This document shows, piece by piece, positions 27,258 through 38,300 of a stretch of DNA of 64,000 nucleotides. The DNA is from the human T2T-CHM13v2.0 reference genome, Homo sapiens: assembly GCF_009914755.1 (NCBI RefSeq), contig NC_060934.1. One strand, 5' to 3'. A program made the position numbers and the translations under genes. Within the stretch, counting starts at the first letter, position 1, and each line of letters begins with the position of its first letter. The notes beneath the pieces are model-generated. The model searched no databases. It was not told the origin of the DNA and worked only from the letters and a program-made list of their open reading frames with translations.

Positions 27258-27673
27258 GCAGGATGAAATATTTTTATAGCATTATAATTATATAAAACGT
27301 TTGTAGAAATTCTAAAAAGACTAGACAGAAATATACAAGAGGATTCTTGGAACTGCATTTAGGTGGTGAAAAAAGAAATATTTTAAACTTTTCTTAATGG
27401 GAACTTATTGCATGTAAATCATAAATGTATAACCTAAAGATTTCCTCTCAAAACTGCTTATTATTTTAAAAGTTGATATGGACTGGGGGAGATTTGAGTG
27501 GATCTGCCGTTGGGTGGACTGCAGAGTCAAAGCATGTGAAAAAGGTTTAGGCACATTTTAATTGGTCAAGGCCTATAGAACTCAGGAGGCTGAAGCCCAA
27601 GACCATGGGAGGCATATTGAAGACAGCAACTGTGAAGCAGTGAAAAGACCACTGCCCTCATTCTCCTACAAGG

Positions 27674-27732
27674 AAGCTACACATTTAGTAGAAATAAACT
27701 ACTGCTAAAGCTACACATTTAGTAGAAATAAA
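27674..27732. repeat. Perfect 25-bp direct repeat x2 with 9-bp spacer
   Basis: aagctacacatttagtagaaataaa at 27674 and 27708. Confidence 0.95.
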
Positions 27733-28049
27733 TGTGGGTTTTGTTCACATGGAGTTCAACTGCTTTTTCCTGCCTCTCTAATTTCCTTTATCTTCCTGTA
27801 CCTTTTATTTCTTGCTTGCCATTTTGCTCTCACATTCTCACACTTTTATCTTCAAATCAGAAAAGGAGTTGAGGCTTATAGATTATAAAATATGTGTTCC
27901 TAACATGACTATCTTGGATAGCTTCTTCTAACTTCACTAAGCAGAATGTATCCCCGCTCTGGGCATCCATATTCTTTCCCACATTAAATCAATTGCAGCC
28001 ATTTGCTGTCCTCTAGAACTTAATTCCTTGACAAAAAGATTAAGTCTGG

Positions 28050-29690
28050 GACTTCATATTTTGAACTAGGTGATAATGAATACACAACATATAAAAATTC
28101 ACAGGGTGGGGTTAAAACAGTGTTTAGAGGGAAGTTTATAGCTCTAATACTTATATTAGGAAAGAAAACAAGTGTAAAATTAATGATATAAGTTTTAACA
28201 TTAAGAAGCTAGAAGAGGTAAGATAAAATTATAACCAAAGTAAAATAGAAGAAAATATTTTATGCACAAAAAAGTTGAAATCAATAAAATATAAAAACAA
28301 CAGTGAAAATCAGTGAAGACAAAAGTTGGTATTTTTGAACAGAAAAACCATGCTCATAGATTGGAAGATTCAGTATTATAAAAATATAAGTTTTCCCTGA
28401 AATGATCCTTATATTAAATGTAATAACGATCAAAATCTCAACAGGCATTTTTGAAGAAATTGACAAAATGATTCTAAAATTCAAGTGGAAATGTAAAGAA
28501 TCTGAAATTGCCCAATCTTGTAAAAGAAGAACGAAGTTGAAGGACTTACAATACCTGACTTAAGGAATTATTTTAAAACTTCAATAATCAAGATTTTTTT
28601 ATTGGCATAAGAATAGTTATATGGATCAATGGAACAGAATAGAGAGTCCAGAAATAGACCAACACATACATGGCCAGTTGACTGTCAATCAAGGCATGTA
28701 GTCAATTGATTAAATACAAATTATTTTAATAATGGTGATAGGTCAATAGAATAAAATGAATAGGCAAGTTACAGACTAAGAATTATATTTATAGTACTTA
28801 TATTTGATCAAGGACTTCTATCCAGAATACATAAATTAATGAATATAAATCAGCAATGAGAAGATGGAAAACTCAATAAATATTAACAAAAGACTTAAGC
28901 ACACATTTTATGAAAGAAGATACATGGATGGCCAATAAGCACATGAAAAAATGCTCAGCATCACTAGTCCCCAAAGAGAAGCAAATTAAAATAATAATCA
29001 GATTTCTGTTCATACCCACTAAATTGGCTGCAACCAAAAATACTGGCAACACTAATGCAGGATAGGACATTCAGCAACTGAGACTTACAAGTATATAAGG
29101 AGTATATTACCAGAGGTGATGCAAAGTAGCATAACCACATAGGAGGTAGTTAGACAGTTTCATAATGACCCAGGAATTTCACCCTTTCAAATTTAGCAAA
29201 GAAAAATGGAGACATATTTCAACAAAGTACTTGTATAATATTGTTCATATTGTCATATTTATGGTAGCCCTGAATTGGCAACAACTACAATATATGTTAA
29301 TTGGAGAATAAATAAACAAATCAAGGTTTATTCATACAATAGAATATCATTCCCACACACACAAAAAAAGAAGTACTGATATGCACAACTCCATGAGTAA
29401 ATCTCATATACATTTTGTTGGGTGAAAGAATGAAACACAAATACATATATTCTGTATGATTCCATTTATATTAACTACAAGAGCAGGTAAATTTAATGTG
29501 TGGTGCTAGAAATCTGCAAGCGGTTGTCTCTGCAGATGAGGAGAAGTGTAAAAAGTGACAAAAGAAAAGTTTTGCAGGTAATGGAAATAGGTATCTTGTT
29601 TTGGGTGATTATTACAGAATTGCATAAATTGTCTAAACTCATGAAATAGACACTATATGTGTATTTCAATTACACTTCATAAAAGACTAA
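28050..29690 (+). mobile_element. Old L1 (L1M-type), internally deleted ORF2 and 3'UTR remnants
   Basis: ccatgctcatagattggaaga; gatcaatggaacagaatagagagtccagaaatagacc; atggccaataagcacatgaaaaaatgctcagcatcactagtc. Confidence 0.85.
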
Positions 29691-29720
29691 AGGCTGTTGC
29701 CTTTTTAAAAAATCTTTTTC

Positions 29721-30010
29721 ACGGTGGCTCACGCCTGTAATCCCAGCACTTTGGGAGGCCGAGGCAGGCAGATCACCTGAGGTCGGGAGTTTGAGACCAG
29801 CCTGGCCAACATGGAGAAACTCCATCTCTACTAAAAATACAAAATTAGCTGGGCATGGTGGCACATGCCTGTAATCCCCGCTACTTGGGAGGCTGAGGCA
29901 GGAGAATCGCTTGAACCTGGGAGGCGGAGGTTGCGGTGAGCTGAGATCACCATTGCACTCCAGCCTGAGCAACAAGAGCAAAACTCCATTTCAGAAATAA
30001 ATAAATAAAT
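29721..30010 (+). mobile_element. Alu (AluSp-like), missing first ~9 nt, (AAAT)n tail
   Basis: Starts acggtggctcacgcctgtaatccc; TSD aaaatctttttc at 29709-29720 and 30011-30022. Confidence 0.95.
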
Positions 30011-31985
30011 AAAATCTTTTTCTAACATATAGTAGATGCTAAGATAGTTTGCTGATGCCTGCTGAACATATACCTTGTGCTACAATCGACACTGGATGCT
30101 TTAGACCCTATACATTGGTATACTTGCAACTAATCTGGACAGACCTTCCGCAAGTATCACAGATGGTACAGAAAGGTGAACACTTGTTCAAAGCCACAGA
30201 CTAGATGGAGCATAACATTTAAACACACATTTTCTAACTCCTAAAAGGAAGATGCTACTCAAACTACATTTCTTGAATGGATGAGTAAGTTCATAAATGA
30301 ATGAATAAAGAGAAGATAGCATCCAAGTTGCAAAATAGATATAGGGTCTTTTGAGCAGGTACAAAAGATATAGAGATGAATGATTATCCAATGTGAGTGG
30401 CTGAGAGGGAAGGAGGCTTACAAAATCCCCAATCCATACTCACGTGGAAGCAGAGAAAGAACAGAATTTCTTGGATCATGGCTACAAGGGCTCTTGCTGT
30501 TATAGAGAGCAGTATTTTTGCTTTGCACTACACAGGGCTATCTAGTCTACATCCCCTTCCATATCTTGGTCAAACTCTCTTGATCTTTGAATCTAGCATC
30601 CCAAAAGTGCACAGAAGTGCCCACCCATATAAGCCTCGCCCTACTTCTCAGTAGGAATTTCCAGCATGCCATGGAACCAGGAGCTGCCACATATGAGGCC
30701 AACTTCCTCACCTTGCCCTTTCCAAATGAAGGGTTATCTGGGTGCCAAAGTTCCTGATCCTACTGTGGAAGACTGCCATCCTTCTAGGGATCAGCTTCTC
30801 TGCCACAGGTGTAGTCCCTGACACTAAGCAGAGATTGTGTGCAATGAGAGCAACCCTGTTACAGAGCAGAAAGGAAGAGAAAGCGAATAAATGTTGGTGC
30901 TAAGAGGTGATGCCCACATGCAATCTAGTGCAAGAGCAAGCATTAGACCAGGAGTGGAAATAAGATTTGCGGGCCCATTTTCTTCCTGCATTTGCATTCA
31001 CACTTTATGACTTCAGCTATATTTACTGACAGAAAAACACCACCTTTTGTTACCACCAAATGCTGGCCTAAAAAGATACTTCCCTCTGAAAAATACTATC
31101 TCCAGCCACAGGGTCTGAAACAAGCTACTCATCTATTTATTCAAAGGACTGAATAAGCTGTGAAGATTGACATTTAAACTATTAACGCTATATTCTACTT
31201 GACAGTGTTATTAAATATTAGGTCTGATTTATGGAAAGGCTTAATCAACTGGTGATCCAGGTCAGCCCTGGCACTGGGCAGAAATTGGGTTATGCTGGAT
31301 GTTGCTTGATGAAGTTGATCAAGCTAAAGAAAAAAAATCCCATCAGCAATATTAAAGTCTGACTTCATGTGATGAAGTTATTATCATATAAATTTGAACC
31401 ATTTGCCAGGCCAATTCTGCATCTCCAAGTTTCTGTAATGGATATTTTAATAGTTTGAAAATCAAAAGATAAAGTCACAGACTTCAATAACCTTTGCTAT
31501 GACACATGGAAGGAGCAGTATGGCTGCTAAACATGGAAGTCAGGCATATATCTTGCCACTTTGGTGTCAGAGAGGGAAGGAAATAGAGGCACAAGCAAAA
31601 TGTACACAAGGGGGTGGAAACACATTGAGGTGTAGAAAAGACGAGATTACCACCCCATGGGAAGAGGCACGAGTGGAATGAGGTTTTGGTGACCATGCCA
31701 CTAATTACTCACATCTGTGTGAACCTTAGCCAAGTCACTTAGTTTCTCTGAGGCTCAGGTACAGTTTCTACATCTTGGAGATAATAATCAAGTAGTCGGT
31801 TTCAGATGAAAGTATGAATGCATGTAAATGATCTGGCCCAGTGCCTGGGATGTAGAGATTGCTCAATAGATTTCAGAGGGAGGCCAGGCCAGACCAGCAG
31901 TAAAGCTGGGTCTCAGCGCAGTGAGGGAGAAGTTTCCAGGCCACCAGAGACAGACCTAGAGGACAAAAAGGGGCAGAGCCCGGAT

Positions 31986-32170
31986 GCTATTCAACGGTGC
32001 AGAGCTGGATGATGCACTACTAGAGGCACCTATGAGCTGTTAAATGGTGCAGAGCTGCAGCAGGAGCTTCTTAGCAGAGATGCCTGTGCACTATTTGATT
32101 ATATAGAGTTAGAGGATATGCTCCCTACTAATGGTGCCTGTGTGCTATGAGATGATGCACAGCTACAGGC
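31986..32170. repeat. Decayed ~54-bp tandem repeat, ~3.5 copies
   Basis: Units start at 31986, 32036, 32090, 32144 with shared gct.t..a.ggtgcagagctg...tgcctgtg framework. Confidence 0.65.
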
Positions 32171-32198
32171 AATGTCCCTGGGTTGCCCCTGTCCAGAC

Positions 32199-32416
32199 CA
32201 GGAGTCCTCAAACTTTTTCTATAAAGGGCCAGATAATAGATATTTTAGGCTTTGTGGGCCACATATCTTTATCACAACTACTCAACTCTGCTGAAATAGC
32301 AGGAAAGCAGCCATAAACAGCACGTAAATAAATGAGTTGGGCTGTTGTCCAATAAACCTTTATAAAAACAAGCTGTAGGTCAGATTTGACCAGGAGTCAG
32401 AGTTTGCCAATCCTTG
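32199..32416. mobile_element. MER58A hAT MITE
   Basis: aaactttttctataaagggccagataa...agtttgccaatccttg; 8-bp TSD-like gtccagac / gtctagtc. Confidence 0.85.
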
Positions 32417-32860
32417 GTCTAGTCTTTCCTTAGGCCTGATAAGTGCATGTGGCTGAGAGAAACGGAAGCAGCCTCTCTCCTCTCTCTTTGTGACACATCT
32501 TTCAGGACCAGGAAAATCTTCTCCCTTACAGAAGGTTATCAAGAGACAAGCCTGACAGGAACCCTGGAGCTATTTCTCTTGTCCCTTCCACCATGAAATC
32601 TAAAGGGGGTAACCTGCTAACTGATGACAGGAATCTTGTCTCCGATTTATCTGCCTCTGCTCAGTCAGACAGCAAACAGATGACTCATTCAGGAACAATC
32701 CTGTATTTATTGAGACTTACTGGGTGCCAGGCAGGTTTGTTGTGAAAATGGTGTGTTGTCGTCTCTTAATAAATAAAAATTCCCTCCTGTTCCAAATTCT
32801 TTCATCTTTGCCTCATCAAAGCCTGACAAGGTCTCACTTGTCCTTATCTTAGTGGCCACT

Positions 32861-33064
32861 GGCATGGTAAATCCTTTATTTGCATCTTTTGCTACTGATT
32901 TTTTAACATTATTGTATTCATGAGTAAGACTCTATTTCCAGAGGGTTAGTGATTTCCTAAGTGCCACCAATGGACAAGGAGTAGCTAGAAAAATAAGGAA
33001 GTGTTTCTCTAATGACTCATCTCCAGGTTTATTACCCTCCAGAGGCTCAATGATGTGTATTGGC
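32861..33064. repeat. Local direct duplication B, copy 1 (partner 33982-34193)
   Basis: Shared blocks tttgctactgattttttaacatt, ttgtattcatgagtaagact, gtgtttctctaatgactcatctccaggtttat. Confidence 0.93.
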
Positions 33065-33981
33065 ATGAAGGAGTGGATCTCAGAGGCGAGCCAACCATGA
33101 CATAACCCTTCTCCAGTTCTGATACCGTGGACAAGTGATCACTCTAAACAATTCCCCACCTAAATTGGTTTCATGTCATTAAAAGCCTTAGGACTCCCAA
33201 GGAGAAAATAACAGCATACCATCCATACCAACCTCCTTGACTTTTGCAGCAATTAGACATTGCTCCACTACCAAACACTCCCTGAAAATGGAGCTGAGTC
33301 ATCAAGGAGCAACTGAAAATCAGAAGTGTGATTATCTGTCAATTGCTAAAGAAGTTTCCAGGAGAAGCCCCTCGGTGGGCTTCTCCTCACCTTTGCCAGG
33401 CTGCCTACACTGCATGGCAGCAGACTCTGTTTGGGATTTGGAGAGGCTGTTCCTCCCTGAATACTAGGCCCATAATACCCTACTTGCTGGATTTGTTCTG
33501 TAGTTTCTGGATTCAAGTCGTCATCCTCACTTAGGGCACAGCCATCTCCAGACTGGTCTGCTCTCTGGGCTCAGGGATTCACAAGGTTACTGAAGCCATA
33601 GTCTGGGGGCAGGGAGCAGAGGGGCCGCTCCATAGGAGTAGGGAAGAAGACAGATTTCAGACAAGCATTTAAGTCCAGTAGTCATCCAAACAGGCACACG
33701 AAGAAGGAGGATTTGAGAGTAAATCTGAGCTTTTCTTCCACTAAAAAAAATGCAGCACACTTCATTGTCTGACAATACTATAAACTCACTTTTATGACAC
33801 TAGTTATAAAACCCTTAACATTTGTCTAGTGCTGGCAGTCAGTTTTTTTTTTCTTAGAGATCCAAATGCAAGAGAGAGATTTGTGATCCCAAAGCCAGCT
33901 TGGGGTTCATAAAATGAAGGTATCATAAAACTAATCCATCTTATGTACTAACAAAGATTAAATTCTATACCATGAAGTGAT

Positions 33982-34193
33982 AGGCATTGATAAGAAATCC
34001 TTTGTTTGCATCGTTTGCTACTGATTTTTTAACATTGTTGTATTCATGAGTAAGACTAAATATCACCAGACGGTGAGTGGTTTCCTAAGTGCCGCCAATG
34101 GACAAGGGGTAGCTAGAACAATGATGAGGTGTTTCTCTAATGACTCATCTCCAGGTTTATCACCAACCAGAGGGCTCAGTGGTGTGTGTTGGC
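33982..34193. repeat. Local direct duplication B, copy 2
   Basis: Aligns with 32861-33064 at an offset of ~1128 bp. Confidence 0.93.
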
Positions 34194-34479
34194 CTTTCTG
34201 AGGCATAAGCAGGCACATGTCGCCTGCAAAGAGGGAAGGGGTGGGTACTTGTGAGGAGCCCAGCACTGCCTTGCTTGGTCTGGACTTACGCATTTGGAAG
34301 AGTAGGGAGGTGAGCAGAATGAGATTAATGACAACCTTTGCTTCAGGATACCCATACATTTCTCCAGGAATGGCTCACTTTTTGAATTAACTCATTAACT
34401 AATTTTCTAAAATCTCCTGCTAATCTAAACCTAACACCAACTCTGACTTACCAACAATGTCCTTCTCTCTTCTCTGCTG

Positions 34480-35330
34480 CTCTGGCTCTCCCACCTGTAG
34501 CAACCACTGTGGTGAATCTTGTATTTTATCATTGCTTTGGATGTGTATGTGTATATTTTATACATTTTTAAGAGGGTATAATATTCTGTGTTACCTTCTA
34601 TTAGTTGACCCGTATGAAATTGCCTTAATGTTTTATTTTACTCAATATTATTCTGCTAAGATTCATCCATTTCATTGTAGACAACATCTTTCTTTATATT
34701 GTTAATGGTCATTTGGATGGTTTCCAGGGTTTTGGTTCTACAGGAAGTGCTACTATGGCCTTTCTTGTCTCCAAAAGTGCATGTGGACATTTATTTTGGG
34801 TGGATACATTGGAGTGTAATTGCTGGGCCATACAGTATGTAAGTGTCCCATTTTATAAGAGAATGCTAAGCTCTTCTCCAAAGTGATTGTACTGAGCACA
34901 CCCCCATCAGCAATTAACCAACTGTTACTCCACGTCTTCTTCACCGCCTCTCATTTTGTGCCAAACTAATTGGTGTAAAATGATATAATCTTTATGGTCC
35001 TGATTTGTATTTCACAGATCACTAATAATTTTGAACATCTCTTCATTTGATTACTGGCCATTTGTGTTGCCTCTTCTGTGGAAGGCCTGTGCAAGCCTCT
35101 TGCCAGTTTTCTATTAAGTTGTTTGAGCTTTTCTTATTAATATATTCTTGACAGTAATCTTGCATTGGTTATATGTATTGTAAACATCCCCTCCCAGTGT
35201 GTGACCTACCTTTCTATTTTATTTAAAGTGGCTTGTAATGAATAGAACTTTAACAAAGTCAAAAGTAGCTATCTTTTTTTTTTCTAAGCAGTGCTTTTTT
35301 TTTTAGCATTATGCAATGAATCTTCTTAAG
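34480..35330 (-). mobile_element. Old L1 (L1ME-like) 3' region
   Basis: catttggatggtttccag; ggagtgtaattgctgggccat; gatttgtatttc...ttactggccatttgtg. Confidence 0.75.
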
Positions 35331-36230
35331 ACCCTGTGTGGATGACAGTATTGGCTCTCTCTGAGAGTCAAAGAAAGCCAGGAAAGGGAACGCGAAGGCC
35401 ATTTGGCCCAGGCCTCACATGCACAAAAGGCCTTAAATCAACATTGTGTTCATTATCTTCAAATGAGGTCACCTACAGCCACAAAGATTCACTGTCAGGG
35501 GTGAAAGAAGATCCTGCAGCTTAAGGCTAGAGCATCATCCTTTGCAGTGCAGTGAGAACTACGAGGTTTTAATAAATCTTGTAAGCATGAGAATAGCACA
35601 GTTACACTGCATTCTATTGTTATTGTCAAAGTATCACTTTGTTAAATCTAAACATTCAAAATTTATCATGATATGTATTTTCAGATCATTTAAGTCTCTA
35701 AGGAGACCACCAAATGGAAAGTTGCCCAGGTCTTTCTCAAATCCAAGAGTTCCCAAACAAGGAGAATGGTGTGCTCCATTTCACAATGTTGGTAACTTAC
35801 GAAACTGGAATTCACACCTAAATATGTCAAGCTCCAGAGCCTAGACATCTTCTGCTGTTCAATGTGGCTAAATGGCAATGAAAAATCATCCTGAGCATGG
35901 GATCCTGTACAAGTCATCCTGTGCACGACCATCTTCCCAGTGGGCCTCACTCTACATGGCACCACAGCTAGGTGCCCCAGCCTGTCATGGGATAGAGGCT
36001 GCACTCTGCCTGATGCCCATGTGTTTCCAAAGCAAAGGGGGACTCAGGCCTCTCTCCCTTGACCCCTCTGGGGCACATCAGGGAGGGGCTGGCAGATTGC
36101 TGAGGACCATGAAGGGCAGGGCGGTGGGCTTTACTGGCCCCAGAGCTTGCCCCAGGCTGTCCTGACATCCACTGCTCTCTGCAGGAAGGCCAAGAAGTCA
36201 CTGGAGTGGCTGGGGGGGCAGCACAGGGAT

Positions 36231-36232
<2 letters not shown>

Positions 36233-36262
<30 letters not shown>
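36233..36262. repeat. (GT)15 microsatellite
   Basis: Read directly. Confidence 0.97.
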
Positions 36263-36264
<2 letters not shown>

Positions 36265-37326
36265 CAAGGTGTTAGTGTGCCTGTGAGGGTATGCATGAGG
36301 AGACTCCACAGAGGTGGCAGGATGGGTCTGGGAGGGAAAGGATGGGAGGAGACACTGAGGCAGCCAGTCTGCTCAGAGAGGCAGCGGTCCTGGCCAGGGG
36401 GCTGTACATGTCTCTCGCCCCATTCTCTAATGACCTCAGGACAGTAGCCATTGCACGTGGGGTTCACTGGACAGGAGGACCCCACCACCAGCAGCAAAAT
36501 CATAACACCTGCCTTCATCCCACCACATTCTTCTTCATTGACCTCCAAGGGCTCTACAGCTGCACGTGTTGGATAAATGCCAGTTCCCCAGCTTGTAACC
36601 CAAGGAGTCATGAGTCAGAGCCACCCGATCCTCAGCTGTATAAGAGGATAATGCTGAATTCGAGTCATTGTGGGAAATTGACTGAAACAAATGAGCAACA
36701 TCTAACAATGCTGAAGAGCATCATGGCCTTTCTCCTCCCTTCCTCCCTCTGGCACTGGTATCTTCCCATCTGGCCTCCTAAGGCTTTGCCCGGTAAGGCT
36801 CTCTGCCCTTATCCCCATCTCTGAGGTACAACTCTTCTCACAGTACGGCCCCAGAGATGAGTCCAGGCCACCTGGCTGACCCTTACCCCCTTTCCCCGTA
36901 TGCAGACTTCCTCAACCAGACCCCCAAGCTAACCACAGTGGGCCCACCCTCTCCCCAACACCCTCCCTTCACTCCTGCAACTCTCGCTTGGCACTCTGCT
37001 ACTGCTTTTGCCAATTGTTCTCACCTCGGGTGGACAGGCCTCTCTGTGTCACCCTCCTATGAGCCCATGAGGAGGGTGGGCCAAAAGTCAGGCTTAATCT
37101 GCCTGCTCCTCCCCAGCCAGCACCACTCTACAAAGTTGGAAGGTCCATAAGAAGCAGAGCAGCTGCTTCTGAAAGGGCATCCACCTAAAGAACGTGTGCG
37201 ATGGATCGCCTTGCAGGTAACAGGGCTGCTCAGAGGCAGATGCCCCTGGAGGTGTCTCCCACCTGGGGGCTGACCACCCCGTGGCCCTGTTACAGTGCAC
37301 GTGCCCAAGCGCCAGCTCCTGCCTAC

Positions 37327-37522
37327 CTTCCTGATGCCTTCTGAAGGACTGGACACGCAGTTGTCAGCCCCTCCGTTCTTGCTGATGGTCCGCCAGAGTT
37401 CAGCAAACGTGCTGTCCTGCTCCAGGGGGTTGGTGCCCTTGGCTCGGAAGTACTCATATACAGCAGAATCCCGGACAGTGCCATAAGACATTTCCACTTG
37501 TTTGGACAGGTCCTGGAAAGTC
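37327..37522 (-). CDS. GRID1: GluD1 internal coding exon (probably exon 13): start of S2 lobe
   Basis: Encodes (R)[65 protein letters not shown], the iGluR DLSKQ..YGTV signature. Acceptor gcctttctgcatttcag, donor AAG|GTAGGC. 196 nt, phase 2 to 0, in frame with 10027-10193. Confidence 0.97.
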
Positions 37523-37912
37523 CTGAAATGCAGAAAGGCAGCGAGGCATGAGTACATGCTGTGCATTGCACACTGCAAGGATACAAATGGGCTGCAAGGC
37601 CCTTCTGAACTCCAAGCCCGGCATGGCCCACTATCCACATTCTTCATTCCCCATCCCCCAAAGTTCAAGTCCTTCAGCCCAGAGTGGGACTTGCAGCGCC
37701 TCATTCAATTACAGGTGTGTTTTCTCAGTGTAGATTAATTCAATAAGATGACTGGGCACCTAAAACCAGGTTCTTTACTGAACTGGAGGGATAAAAGGAT
37801 GAGTAAGACATGATTCCTGCCTTCAAGGAGTTTATAGTCCAGCTATAGAAGCAAACATATAGACAGAGAATCATAGTATCAAAGAGTCAGGGCAACATGG
37901 GAGGCTGTATGC

Positions 37913-38300
37913 TGCGGATCTCCAACTCAGACGCCTGCAGAGGCTGGGCAGGAAAGAGGCCTATGTTGGCAAGATGAACGATAATGATGGCTGGCCTGTG
38001 ACACTCAGAGACAGCATGAGGAAGAAACGCACTCAGAGACCAACTGACTCAGGGTAAATTAAGAGGCATCCCCTCCAAAGCTTGCAGCTGTGCTGGGGTC
38101 TAGCCAAGTATTGACTTCGAATGCTCCCCTCCCCATGACCTCCTCAACCAATTTGGTCTTTGAAAAAATAAAAAAATTGGATTTTTATATCTCTCCTGAT
38201 TTTAAAATGTTGATAATTATTTAAAAGATGATGAAAAAAACAAAGCACTTCTGAGGGCCTTGGGTTTGCTCTCCTTAGAGGAGTGGCAGGTGGCTCCAGC
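37913..38300. mobile_element. hAT-Charlie MITE, MER102-like
   Basis: tctccaactcagacgcctgcagaggctgggcagg resembles the MER102 terminus; tgattttaaaatgttgataatt internal motif. Confidence 0.5.

Noticed and set aside
27188-27732. CRISPR-like repeat-spacer pattern
   Set aside because: Two unrelated two-copy repeats in a primate intron; no array and no cas genes.
34452-34494. 43-nt exon with strong TTG|GTAAGT donor
   Set aside because: The upstream acceptor lacks a pyrimidine tract and lies at an L1 edge.
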